A stretch of DNA of 63,467 nucleotides, filler included, from Craspedostauros australis (lineage: Eukaryota): NCBI GenBank assembly GCA_030167865.1. It is 9 parts of 9 records of this genome, joined end to end, with 100 filler letters (N's around TTAATTAATTAA, not from the genome) between each part and the next. Parts side by side here need not be neighbours in the genome. Positions count along the whole stretch, not along the records: positions 1 to 30,038 come from JALAGF010003612.1; 8 more parts are not named here. One strand, written 5' to 3'. A program made the position numbers and the translations under genes. Below, in pieces: positions 1 through 11,902 of the stretch; within the stretch, counting starts at the first letter, position 1; every line of letters begins with the position of its first letter. The notes below the pieces were generated by a model. It did no database searches and was not told where the DNA came from. It worked only from the letters and a program-made list of their open reading frames with translations.

Positions 1-1863
1 TTTCTTCTCCACAAGAACCATTGGCATTGGCTTTGGGCAGGCCTGCAGAAAGTGCCCACGTTGGCCACAGCCTGGACAGATACGCACACCAGTCTTCGCA
101 CTTGACGATCGTGCACCGTTGTTGGTCTTCCGACGCTTCCGTCCGGGCTTCCCCACGATTCGCATTGGTGCCAACTCTTCCTCCACAAGATCATTTCTCA
201 TCACCCTGGCCCTTTTGATGTCGATGCTTTTCTTGCCATGCTGTTCCATCCACGTAGTAGTGTGCCATGCCTTGTCGTACCAGCCAATGTTGAGGACGTC
301 AAAGACGCCAGGTTGGACATTGTTGAGGAGCATGGGAGCCTTGCGGAGTACTGCAGCAACGTGCCTGCAGGGTCTTTTGTACTCCCATGGGGCATTGCAG
401 GTGCAGGTCATGGCGAAGTCCGAAGTTACCGTGACAGTCTCGGAAACGGCTGGATTCTTCGCGAGCATGACACTTGCGTTGATTGCGGAGCCGTGCACAG
501 TATTCACTTCCACGTTCAGTTTCCCACAGTTCTCCACACAAGAAGTCATGTCTTGAAGGCAGCGAGGTGTCAAGACATTTCCAGATTCGAAGCACTCCGT
601 GGCCTTTGTCGCTTTGCCAATGCGCTTGTCCGCCATATACTTAAGGGTTGCTGCCACCAGGTTGCAGATTGGCAGGCTTCTGATCTCTCCGATGGCTGCG
701 TTAGCTTGCTCGCATGAATTGGAGGTGACAACGCCCAAGCGGTGTTGGTTAGGTTCACGAAGCAGCAGGTGGGTGAGACACTTTGTGCGCCGATGACAAA
801 ACCACTCGTGAAGCTTCGGATTCTGTTGTTGCACCTTGCTGAGGTAGAAATCTGCCAAGTTCTTGCTGCAGGCATACACGGCTTTCTGGAGGAGGCTTTT
901 CTGCTCTGGAGTCATCTTCAGTTGCTTGTTCGCGACGGCGTTCTTTTGGAGGATGTGATACATGCAACGTGTGTGAGGAACGCCCCATTCGCTCAATGAT
1001 GTCTGGACATCCGCGCTCTCGAGCCCTTTTGCGCCATCGCTCATCAGCATCCGCACAGTCGGAAAGCTTTCCTTCACTTGCGAAAGGAACCAATCCCAGT
1101 TGTCGGCTGATTCCACTGGCATGATGCCGAACGCAAGGATGACCAGCTGACGATTGGCATCATACGTGGTGAGGAAGCACAAGTAGCCTTTTGCTGCAGA
1201 GCGAAGGTGAGCTGCATCCACACACACCATCCCATCAAAATGATGGAACGTCTTAATGCTCCCACCAGGAGCGCAAAAGATTCGGCGCAATTGATGCCAA
1301 ACAGCAACCTTGGAATCATCTTGTGCCAGAATTGTCTCTACCTTGTATACTCCTTCGGCATCATTGACGGCCAGTGCAGCCATGTAAGACTTGATTAGAC
1401 GGCACTGGGCAAGGTGTTTCTCGATGGTAATCCCCTTCTCTTTGATGATGTTGTAGAGCTGTCCCTTTTTCAGGGTGACGGACAATTCCTCCTGCAGCAT
1501 GTCCCCCAATTGCTTGCAGGCACCTGCCGCCGGTACCTGGTAGTTGCCAATGATGTTGGTGATCTCACAAAGGACTGCTGTCTTATATGCCCTCTGACGC
1601 GTGCAAGGGCCCAGACAGTTGTGACCAACAAATTCGGTGATCTTGATTGCTGTCCCAGCAAGACGCGCACGGCATTGGAAGGGGCAGTCCTTACTGACAG
1701 AGCACACCAACTTCATGGACGTACCAGACCTATCGAGGACAACGTAGCCAGCACCAACCGACCAGCAATGACACAAGACAGCTGCAGCTACATGTGTGAA
1801 GCCCACTCCTTCTTTGGTTGCTCTCTTGGCAAGGGTGATGAATGATTTTCCGTTGCTAGACAT
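1..1863 (-). CDS. Mutator-like (MULE/MuDR) DDE transposase with SWIM finger and CCHC knuckle; 3' end beyond window edge
   Basis: Hand-translated open frame from ATG 1863 to position 1 (not in ORF track, no stop in window). N-terminal C..CPFQCRA..HNC; DDE core VCVDAAHL..YDANRQL..ESADNWDWFL..MSDGAKG; HTRCMYH (CxxH); TSNSCEQAN; SWIM CTCNAPWEYKRPCRHVAAV; knuckle CPGCGQRGHFLQAC. Confidence 0.93.
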   Translation of the reverse strand, partial: MSSNGKSFITLAKRATKEGVGFTHVAAAVLCHCWSVGAGYVVLDRSGTSMKLVCSVSKDCPFQCRARLAGTAIKITEFVGHNCLGPCTRQRAYKTAVLCEITNIIGNYQVPAAGACKQLGDMLQEELSVTLKKGQLYNIIKEKGITIEKHLAQCRLIKSYMAALAVNDAEGVYKVETILAQDDSKVAVWHQLRRIFCAPGGSIKTFHHFDGMVCVDAAHLRSAAKGYLCFLTTYDANRQLVILAFGIMPVESADNWDWFLSQVKESFPTVRMLMSDGAKGLESADVQTSLSEWGVPHTRCMYHILQKNAVANKQLKMTPEQKSLLQKAVYACSKNLADFYLSKVQQQNPKLHEWFCHRRTKCLTHLLLREPNQHRLGVVTSNSCEQANAAIGEIRSLPICNLVAATLKYMADKRIGKATKATECFESGNVLTPRCLQDMTSCVENCGKLNVEVNTVHGSAINASVMLAKNPAVSETVTVTSDFAMTCTCNAPWEYKRPCRHVAAVLRKAPMLLNNVQPGVFDVLNIGWYDKAWHTTTWMEQHGKKSIDIKRARVMRNDLVEEELAPMRIVGKPGRKRRKTNNGARSSSAKTGVRICPGCGQRGHFLQACPKPMPMVLVEKK

Positions 1864-2809
1864 GATGAGAGTTGTTTGTATGATGTATGTTGATGGATGT
1901 GATGGCTTCTACTCTGTGTTTTATGACATGTGAGTTACAAACAGAGGTTGTCACTCCTTGGGAAGCATCACACCATTCCTATTCGATGCTGTGTACATCC
2001 ATCGTACATCTGTTGCTCCGAATGGACACTGCATACCAGCGGACAAGTTATTCGCATCCGACTGCAGAGCTCGGAGACTTTTTGTACTTGCGTGGATCGA
2101 CTGCATTGCGTACCACAGCCTCATCATGTTTGTCGTGCACGTCATTGCAAGCGAACAACTAGTCCACCAGCATGTACAGCATCCAATGAGGGATCCAATG
2201 CTGATAGACTCATGTGAATGCACGCCATCCATCTGAGCCTCCCGATGTTCCCACACTGGTGAGTTCGAACTCGCGCAACATCGAATCACAGTTGAATGTC
2301 ATCAACCATTACCTCCTATCATGATTCCGTTTGGTTCCATTGCTGTTGCTGAGTCTAGTTGTTCGGAATATGAGTGCAAGATCAGACCAAATATAGCGCA
2401 TCGACCACAGAGTTGGATTGTGGTGATCTTGCTCCATCCGCAATGGGTCCCGGAATACAATTTGTCGGTCCCTGTGTGTCGCGACTTGCCATGACTAAAT
2501 GTAATCTGATCCTCCTTGTAATTGGATCTGGACCGTTCCAAGGTGGGTACATGCCAATGGCTGATGTGAGTATGCAATTGATAATAGCTGGTTGGACCCT
2601 CTGCTCAACAGGATTCACCGACAACATCATCAACTAGACTAATTTCCAATGTTTTGCAGGGAAATGGTTGATGTGTTGACTTTGTGGCTAAATTATTATT
2701 TTCGAGCCTGTCGCAGCGATACGCCAGCCATTTCATTGATCCAATCATCGTGTCAGGAACAAAAACGACCTGGTTAGTGGACTTTGCCAACAAAAACGAT
2801 AGGCCTCTA
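1..2809 (-). mobile_element. Autonomous MULE DNA transposon (one terminus visible)
   Basis: Transposase plus putative terminus CGATAGGCCTCTA at 2797-2809, which shares 13 bp with the adjacent TIR element. Subterminal repeat AACAAAAACGA occurs twice (2758, 2789). The other end is outside the window. Confidence 0.7.
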
Positions 2810-2810
2810 G

Positions 2811-3913
2811 TAGAGGCCTATCGCATTTCACATTGGGAGTCTCACGGTACAAAATAACCTGATATTGACATTTTTAGAGGGGCAACATGCGAACTTCCCC
2901 CTCGGAAAGTGAAACTCGATTTCGTTTTAGGAGCCAAAAACACAATTGAGTTGCACATTGCAGTCCCGGCAAGCCAAGCTTCCACGTGTTGGAACGAAAC
3001 CAATGGCCAATCAGTTCTCTTCATTCGCAGCAATGTTGAGTCGTCCTTGTCGTGCTGATGATAGTTTTTTAGATGCTAGTGATGATGAAACTAGCATTCC
3101 GAATGAGGGGTGCATGGAGCGATAGAGAGCGATTACGATGTCGAATATGCCTGTAAGCTTCACATATGATATCTGCGCGCAAGAATCAAAGGACCCCTTC
3201 ATGATCCAGCTGAGGAATCTTTGCTCATATCCTATTTCACCCGATACAACATCCGCAGCGTGTTCCTGATGCTCTGAGGACTAGTGTTGTCAGATACGAC
3301 CAGGGACTTCTACCAACGCGCATTTTGCATCCTTTGGAGATCCTGACTGCCATATCGGAAGTCGTTGGTGGTCTCCAACCAACCCAACATGCAATCGCAA
3401 TAGTTCTGTGTAGACTGCGTGAAGAGCTTCTATTGGACAACAAACTGCTGATCTATCTCCATGATACGGTGATCAAGAGGTCTCTGTCGTCGATATGGGC
3501 AACAGAGCCTTGAATAAGCCATGAATTATCAGGGACAAAATGCTTGCGCATATGTTACCGGACCTCTGTTAGTGGCAAAGTTGAGACAGAAGAGATGGCA
3601 ACGAAACACTCACACCAGGAAGTTCCTAAGAGGAGAAATAGGGATTTGCGTTGCGTGCAACTCAGAGCACACCCACTAACGATCCCACCATCCTTTGGTC
3701 TCAACAAGTCAAGCGATAACCTGCAACGAAGCATTCAGATCATAACAGCCTAAATTCGAACTCTATTCTACAGAAGAGAAGCCAATTCAGTCATGTTGGT
3801 CGTCTTTGTGTGTAGGTCACGAACGAGTCACGAGTACCAATGCGAAATCCAAACGTGAGTGCCACATGTGACATGAACACAGGGGTGTGAATGTGAAATG
3901 CGATAGGCCTCTA
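2811..3913. mobile_element. Non-autonomous TIR element (MITE-like, ~1.1 kb)
   Basis: Perfect 24-bp inverted repeats TAGAGGCCTATCGCATTTCACATT (2811-2834 and 3890-3913); no intact ORF; second copy at 29509-30038. Confidence 0.85.
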
Positions 3914-4083
3914 ATTTGCTCAAAGGAAATCCAACAGCAACAACCTCCACCAAACAAAACGACGAAACAACGACAACAAACACAATCAAGAAACCAGACA
4001 CAAAACGTAAATTGAATAATCCCAACGAGTAACAACAAATCCTTTGTCCCACCCCAAGTACTGCTTTCGTGCAAGGTGTCTTC

Positions 4084-7000
4084 ATGAGACCCTGTGGAAG
4101 CGTACAGCAGGTGTGGAATCAACAGGCGCAGGGGCAAGTACCGCGGTCGTTGGTGCTGCCAGCGTCGAATTCCAACTATGTGGACCCATTAGCCAATCCC
4201 AGCCAAAACGGCGACGACGTTGAATCGCAGTCGAATAATTCTGGACCGTTCCACCATCGAGCAACCGGAGCGGCAACGACGTCCACATCGACAATGGCAA
4301 CGTCGATGACGGATTCAACTTCATCGCTGCCGCGCTTCAACAATGAACGCACGGTGGGGTTCAGCATCGATGGGATGTCGTGCACAATGTGCAGCAACGC
4401 CATTCAGAAGGCCGTGTCTGGAATTCCCGGGGTGCTTGAGGCATCGGTCATGCTGGCCACCGATTCTGCGATCGTCAAGTTCATCGAAAGTGCAACTTGC
4501 AACGTGAATATCATCAAGACCTGCATCGAGGACATTGGATACACCGTCGTCGACACTATCATGTCCAATGGAACGAACAAATCGACATCGCCGTCATCCA
4601 GCGCATCGTCCTCTCGCTTCTTCACGACCACCCAAGCGCCACCAACGAACAAGGTGGTGGATCTCGTCATTGAAGGCATGAGCTGCACGATGTGCACAAC
4701 GACGGTGCGCAATGCTCTGCTGGCCGTGGACGGTGTCGAAACGATAGACGTCAGCCTGGCGACGAACACAGCGCGCGTGACCTGCGCCATCACCACGCCC
4801 AATGAAATGTTGAAGGAGGAGGTGACAGATGTTGGGTTTACTGTGACGGAAGTTGCGACGGTCTCCACAGGCCACGCAGAGCAGTCAGCAGCTGATGCCG
4901 AACTGCCATCAGATGAAAGGCTGCAACGTTTGCTCGAGCGCCAGCAAAAGAACGTGAACGCGAAGAAGCACGCCTTTGTGTGGAGTCTGCTTGGCACGCT
5001 GCCGATCCTCACCCTCACCATGATCCTGCCCAATGTTCTGCCAGCATCGAACGCGGTGCAGCAGTTCCTGTCGCAGGAAGTGCAGATCGGGTCCCATTCG
5101 TTCATCCTCGAGGCTCTCATCCTGTGCGCACTCTGCACGCCTGTGCAATTCGGATCGGGCTTCACGTTCCTCAAGTCGTCCTACTACGGAATCTTTGTGC
5201 ACTCCGTTCTTGGCATGGATGTGCTGGTCGCCCTCGGCACCCTGTCATCCTACGTGTATGCCACCATGGCGCTCTTCGACGGAACGCACGAGTACCACTT
5301 CTTCGAAACTTCGGCAGTCCTGATCTGTTTCGTGCTGCTCGGGAAGTGGATGAATGCGTTGGCTGTGCGACGGACCAGCGAGGCCTTGACGCAGCTCATG
5401 AGGTTGCAAGCCAAGACGGCCATACGCATCACCAGCAAGCAGGACATGGCAACATGGGATCCCATGGCGCATGGATACCAAGAGGAGATTGTTGGAATCG
5501 AGCACGTGCGACCTGGAGATGTCATCAAGGTGCTGAAGGGCGCATCAATTCCAGCCGACGGAGTGCTGAAGTTCGGCGAGATGAGCGTCGACGAGAGCAT
5601 GATCACCGGCGAGTCGGTGCCTGTCCTCAAGATGCCGGGCTCCATCGCTTTGGGAGGCACCGTGTGTGTCGAGACGGGGTCGGGATCTTTGGACAATCCA
5701 TCCGATTCAACGGGCCTTTCCGCCGGTGCGTTCGTTCAGGTCACAGGCGTCGGTGCTTCCACCGCGCTATCCAAGATCATCGAACTCGTCCAGAACGCAC
5801 AAAGCCGACAGGTCCCCATCCAATCCTTCGCGGACACCATCGCATCGTACTTTGTGCCATCCATCGTGGCGATCTCTCTGTTGACGTACATGGTCTGGTA
5901 TGGTCTCTGCAGCAGTACTGTCGTACCTGCCTCGTGGTACGAAGGCGAAACGCCCATGACCTTCAGTCTCATGTTTGCCATCGCGTGTCTGGTGATCAGC
6001 TGTCCCTGCGCATTGGGTCTCGCCACTCCCACGGCTGTGATGGGTAAGTCCTGTTTGAGTGCGACAACGCGCACGAGCCTGTGCTTCAGCACGAGTGCAT
6101 ACAAGGATTCTTTACAGAGTCCTGCTTGTACGTCTGTGTCTTGTGCTTGGAATTTTGATGTTGAATGAAATTCTCACCATTACTTTTCTCGCACGTTACG
6201 GTGACCTGCATTCATTTATTTTCATTTTGCGACAACCCATACAACCTTGCCAAACAAACAGTCGGAACGGGTGTGGGAGCGCAGCATGGCATCCTCATGA
6301 AGGGTGGCGAAACGCTGGAGGTCGCAAGCAAGGTGGATGCCGTCGTCTTCGACAAGACAGGAACGTTGACGAAAGGGAAACCGACCATGGTCAATTTTGT
6401 GCGCATCGTCGAGGATACTCGCCTCGACAGCATCAACGCGGACATCGATGGCGATGGCAAGTTGCTCGATGAGTACATCCTGTGGCTGCTGGGGTCGTTG
6501 GAGCGTAACTCCGAACACCCGCTCGCGGCTGCTGTCGTCGAGTACGCTGAACGTGCATTGAAATCATCCAATTTGAAACAGACTGAGTTTGGCCATCCGT
6601 CCGACTTCCAAGCCCTTACCGGGCGTGGAGCAACGGGGAGGGTCGCGGGTGCTGTCACAGTATCAGCGGGCAACCGTGCCTTCATGAGACATCTGGGCAT
6701 CGCATTGACATCGAAGGCAGAAGAGACCATGCAGACGTTGGAGCGCAGTGGCAAGACGGCCATTCTTGCCGCGGTGAATCAGCAGGTATGCGCAGTGCTC
6801 GGCATTGCCGATCAGCTGAAGCCAGATGCATCTGCCTCCATCTCCCATCTGCGCAACAGCGGCATCGATGTGTGGATGGTGACCGGTGACAACCGCCTGA
6901 CCGCCCATTCGATCGCGCAGCAGCTGAATTTGCCAACCAATCGGGTTATCGCTGAGGCATTGCCCCTCGCCAAAGTGCAACAAGTCAAGCGTTTGCAGTC

Positions 7001-7695
7001 GCAGGGCCACGTTGTGGCCATGGTGGGAGACGGTGTGAACGATTCCCCCGCACTCGCAGAATCGGACGTGGGCATGAGTGTGGGCACTGGGGCGGAGATC
7101 GCTGCGGAGGCATCGGACATTGTTCTGGTCCGTGGCAACGTCACGGATGTTTGCTGTGCTCTGCATCTGAGCCGCGTGATCTTTCGAAGAATCAAGGTGC
7201 GTTTCGTTTTCATTTTCGCGATGTGGTGCAGTACTGCGCAGAGTAGTGCAGTGCGACAGCGCAATGATTTCAATGTGCATCAATTAAATTCTCACCAATC
7301 CACGCTTTCCACGACGTGATCAATCAATGATCTCGCTCCACTCCATCCTGTGCACCATACCACGCGAACATTCGACGAACATGCAGTTGAATCTGCTGCT
7401 ATCGTTGGTGTACAACGCACTCGCAGTGCCAATCGCCGCAGGAGTGTTCTATCCGTTGGTGCGCACGAGGCTGCCACCGACCGTCGCAGCGTTGGCCATG
7501 GCCCTGAGTTCCGTGAGCGTGGTCCTGAGCAGCGTCTCGCTGAAGCTGTATCGGCCACCTCGCATCGCAGGAACAGGAACGGCAGTTGCCAATACTGCAG
7601 GAATCCCCTCGCCGCAACGGCAAGACAACGACCTCACGGAGCCATTGCTACCATCTCCTGCACCAGAAGCGTCTCCCGGCATTGAGAATGTTTGA
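4084..7695 (+). CDS. Copper-transporting P1B-type ATPase (CopA/ATP7/HMA5-like), 3 exons
   Basis: Two HMA domains GMSCTMC, MDVLVALG, DESMITGES, ISCPCALGLATP, DKTGT, SEHPL, TGDN, GDGVNDSPAL, YN, MALSS. Exons 4084-6043, 6262-7196, 7387-7695; GT-AG introns restore the frame. Confidence 0.95.
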
Positions 7696-8300
7696 AAAAG
7701 TACAGATTAGTCGCATTTTATGCATTAATCTTATCCACATAGTTCGATGCTGATAGCACTGCTGTCAATCGCATTCGCGAAAGAGACGCCTTGCAACAAT
7801 CCTTGTACCTTGGCAAGTCCTACACTTGGATTCATAGCACTCCGATTAGTCAGATGAAGAGACATTTTTTGGTTTGCGGTCTTTGTTGTTGCGGACTTCA
7901 TTTGTTCGTGTTTTGTTGACCGTAGACGTGTGCCTTTCGTGTTGTTGTTGGCAACAGCAATGCGCGAAGAAATGCCAACAAGGAAACAAGGGGAGCGACT
8001 TTCTCTGACCAAAACCAACACCGGTCAAGGGGGACGAACGAACCGGCACAAAGATCGAGTTCTGCGTCGATTCATCCCTTTGGCTTCCATCGCATTGAAC
8101 TGCTGCGATTGATCTGTTACGATACACTTCCATCCACAGCAGAGTACTCTCTCTAGTTACTGCATCATCAGTTGAATTGCAACCACAGCAACAGCAACAA
8201 CAACAAGAAGCACTGCCATTCCGCTCCAATCTGCCACCACCTCCGCCAACAACAACAACAACAACTACTACCACTACTACTACTACTACTACGAACAAAG

Positions 8301-9092
8301 ATGGCCGCCCATGAATTGCACTTCTCCGTGTCTCAGAATGGAGTCGCGGATTCTGGCGCATTGCACGATGATCCGTCATTGCCCACCAGCATGCAGAACA
8401 GCATGCAAGGCAGCATGCAAGGCAGCATGCAAGGCAGCATGCAAGGCAACATGCAGAGCAACGGCGGCGCATCGGGCAGCGACAGCGTCATGAACTACTT
8501 CCAGCAGTCGACGCATCCCACCGTCTGCCTCTTCCACGTGCTGTTCAAGGCCCTCGCGCTGACCATCTACCTCATGGGCAACAAGTTCGTCGACAAGAAG
8601 AATCCCGGCGGCGACCTCGTCACCGTCATCGTGGTGTGCATCCTCCTGCTGGCGTTCGACTTCTGGACCGTCAAGAACGTCACGGGACGCCTGCTGGTCG
8701 GCCTGCGCTGGTGGAACAAGGTGGATGGCGAGACCACGCAGTGGGTCTTCGAGAGCGCCCAGAACCGCACGGCCAACAAGTTCGACGAGAACGTCTTCTG
8801 GACGGTGCTCTACGCCACGCCGGTCATCTGGGCCGTGCTGTCCGTCTTCGAGCTCTTCCGCGGCAACATCAGCTGGCTCATCATCAACATCATGGCGATC
8901 GGCATGTCGGGCGCTAACGTCTACGGTTACTACAAGTGCAGCTCCGACCAGAAGGCGAGATTCCAGCAGATGATGCAGGACGGTGCCAACCAAGGGGCCA
9001 TGCACATGATGCGATCCGGATTGATGGGATTCATGACCGGCGGCAACAACAACAACCAGGCTCAGCCGCAGCAGCAGCAACAGTTTACGTAG
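8301..9092 (+). CDS. TVP23: Golgi membrane protein TVP23/FAM18 family
   Basis: HP..CLFHVLFK, LLAFDFWTVKNVTGRLLVGLRWWN, WVFES, FW..LY.TP..W, ANVYGYYKC; first ATG at 8301. Confidence 0.92.
   Translation: MAAHELHFSVSQNGVADSGALHDDPSLPTSMQNSMQGSMQGSMQGSMQGNMQSNGGASGSDSVMNYFQQSTHPTVCLFHVLFKALALTIYLMGNKFVDKKNPGGDLVTVIVVCILLLAFDFWTVKNVTGRLLVGLRWWNKVDGETTQWVFESAQNRTANKFDENVFWTVLYATPVIWAVLSVFELFRGNISWLIINIMAIGMSGANVYGYYKCSSDQKARFQQMMQDGANQGAMHMMRSGLMGFMTGGNNNNQAQPQQQQQFT
8387..8459 (+). repeat. 12-bp coding tandem repeat (CAGCATGCAAGG-like, ~6 units) encoding SMQG
   Basis: Visible directly; peptide SMQNSMQGSMQGSMQGSMQGNMQS. Confidence 0.9.
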
Positions 9093-9704
9093 ACAAGCAG
9101 ACAGCACACAACAGACACCAGAGCAGTACTCGTATTGAGTGGCATGCGAGTCGCATGGCGATGGAGCGAGCAAATTGACTGTCGCAGATCTAGAGAAGAC
9201 TTGCACACTATGCCACAGATGATGACTTTTACATCGAATGTGCACAGTACGAGCATAGTACGAGCATAGTACAACCAGTACTCTAGTCGTACGCGCATTC
9301 TATTACTTCATATAATATAATGTAATCGATCCTCCAAGTACTCCATTGCACAAATGTCTACTCCAGAGACGAAATCAGTCTCGCTCATTCGAAGGCGTAT
9401 CTATCATACCAATGCAGTCTCAAATCAGCAGCTTGTCAGTACGTTGTGTGCATATTCGTCTCTCCTCCTGGTTGCCGACCATTGGAGTACTCGCACAACA
9501 CTCAACTTGTAATCATGATTTGCCCCAAGACTTGTTCGTCCACGACAACAGTATGGTACATTGATCAGCGTACTCCGAGCAAAGTAGCCTTGTTGCAATA
9601 ATATGCGCAAATCTTAACGTAAAGAGGAATGTACGTTGCGTGCTCTCTGGAAAGTACTATTGTACAATACAATGCATGGGGCACGCTGTAGGACGATATG
9701 CTGT

Positions 9705-9736
<32 letters not shown>

Positions 9737-9856
9737 GTGTTGTCAATGTCGCTGAATCTTGCGTGGAGTACAGCGTTGCAAACTCCGGGAGCGCCTGAAA
9801 AAGGAACCGCAGGACCAGGTCCACACCAGTCACAGACATGATCGATGTTGTCTGGC

Positions 9857-10943
9857 CTACACCATGAAGAGACCTGCCACGAACGCCCCGGTGGCGAGCA
9901 CTGCCGATACAGCAGACGCTGAGAAGGGTTGCAGAGCACCTGATCCATCATTACTATCCGAATTTCCATCTTTGTTCACCTTCTCGATCATCACGGTGAA
10001 GTTCGATCGGATGGTGGGATCACTTCGAACATTGATGAAGTATTCTGTGCCAGAAACGGTGTCAAATTCGTATGCGGAAACTTCGTTGATCTCGCATCGC
10101 GCATTGGTCGTGCCGGTGGGTCCTCCAACACACCCAGCTTCGGTGTTGCATTTTGTGGTCACGGAGTAAACGGTCTTGATCCCATCGATGGTGCAGACCG
10201 TGACCTTGACGCGTTCCCCAATTCCGTTCATCTTGTACCAGATGCCGGGAATATCCGCGCTCACTCCACATCCTTCCTCTGCCCACTGATCGCCGTCGGC
10301 AAGTTCGGTCGTGCCATTGACAGGTGTGTCCAGCGTCAACCCCTCCGCGCAGACGCATCTGTTGTTATCGGCTCTGACCACTTCGTTGGTGGGTACATCG
10401 CCTGGATTGAATTTGGAGGTACGAGTAGAGCGTGGGTTACATCGACCGATCCAAAGAATCAGAAGATATTGGGTCGGTAGTTGCATGTTTGAAGGTTATG
10501 GAGCAGCGGTAATTGCGTGTCCGCGAGGCCATCCACCATGATTGAGGACGCAGTTGTCCGCAGGTGTCGAAAACATCCAACGATTGAGAAATGATATAGT
10601 CAACATGATGTATGTGTGCGAGATGATGTGAGTACGATTATGTGATGATCATTGTTCACGTCGTTTGCTCTGCCAAATCTGAGATGAGCATCGGACGCAA
10701 GAAGGAGCAAAGGAACTCCTGATGGAGCCGTGATGAAGTCGATTCCTCCCTCCCTCCTTGGGAGCAGCAGCGAAAACGGCGTTCTGCACAGCAAGGACAA
10801 TGGTCACGACGACCACCGACCATCAGCCATCCATCATCCATCAACCACCATCTCTGCACTGCTGCGAACGTACATGTTCCATCAGCCGATGCGGTCGAAG
10901 CAATGGAAAGCAGAGCGAGGATGATTGGCTTGAGGGACATCAT
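9857..10943 (-). CDS. Secreted/cell-surface cysteine-rich protein, possible GPI or TM anchor, 2 exons
   Basis: Exon 10943-10874 encodes signal peptide MMSLKPIILALLSIASTASA; intron GTACGT..CCAG at 10873-10402; exon 10401-9857 in frame with NNRCVCA..GTT..CG..PGIWY..G.G..TVC..CVGG; hydrophobic C-terminal tail. Confidence 0.7.
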
Positions 10944-11902
10944 GGTTGATCACTTTTTGGAGTAGAGAAGAATTGTTTGGTTTGTGAAAGCCAAAGCCGA
11001 GGAGAGGAGCCTGCTCCGGGCTGGGATGGTAGCAACAACAGACAACAGACAACAGACAACAGACATCAACGGCGATGGTGGCGGTGTTGGTGTTGGCGTT
11101 GTCGATGTCGATGTCGATGTCGTTCATGTGCCTCTGCTTCTTTTCTTCACGTCTTCTCCATCTCTGTTTCTGCGCGATCCCTCTCTTCGCCTTGCTTTGT
11201 GACACTTCTCGGATTCGATCGTGCCTGTTTTCGATCTTTGATTTCGTGGTTTTGCAGTCTTGCATGACCCTCCAGTCATTCACTGATGTCGTCTTCGCGA
11301 AACAAGACGAGCCCAACAGGATGTGAAAAAGGGACTTACGTAGTCATCAATTCGATCACGAGCACACCGATGACGTCACTGATAAATCACAACGTTCGGA
11401 ACTTCATTTTTCGTTCTGTTTCGGACAAAATGGAAACGAAAGGATCGATTGGGTCGTCCGAATCTCATAGCATCGTTGTTTGTGTGTGGTCAAAGCTCAC
11501 GATTGCGTGTCAAGTACACGAAAATGGATTCTCATCCATGTCTGGGACCCGGATGTTCATGCACTCCACGCACGTGGTTCCTTCGTTTTTCCTCCTGTCT
11601 TTTCGTCCCGTTGACCAACGTGACAACGAACGATGACCCGATGACAACCAACGATGATCGCGGGCAACTGGGCAAAACCAACATCGTTGGTGCCGGTAGC
11701 AGCAGCAAAGCGTTGCGAAGTGATCTGTTCTGACGGCACCTGTCCTCACTGCTACAGCCACGACCACCAACCTTTGAAGCACGTCACGTAGGCCATATTT
11801 TGTAACGTCACATCAAGGTCATAACTCCAGCAAAAGCTTCGCCGCAACGTTCAACGTCTCCGCAAACTCCAAATCGAAATCGAACTCGAACAACCCGTCA
11901 CA

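Noticed and set aside
1864..2790. Short ORFs inside the MULE leader as a possible accessory or captured gene
   Set aside because: No recognisable motif or consistent frame.
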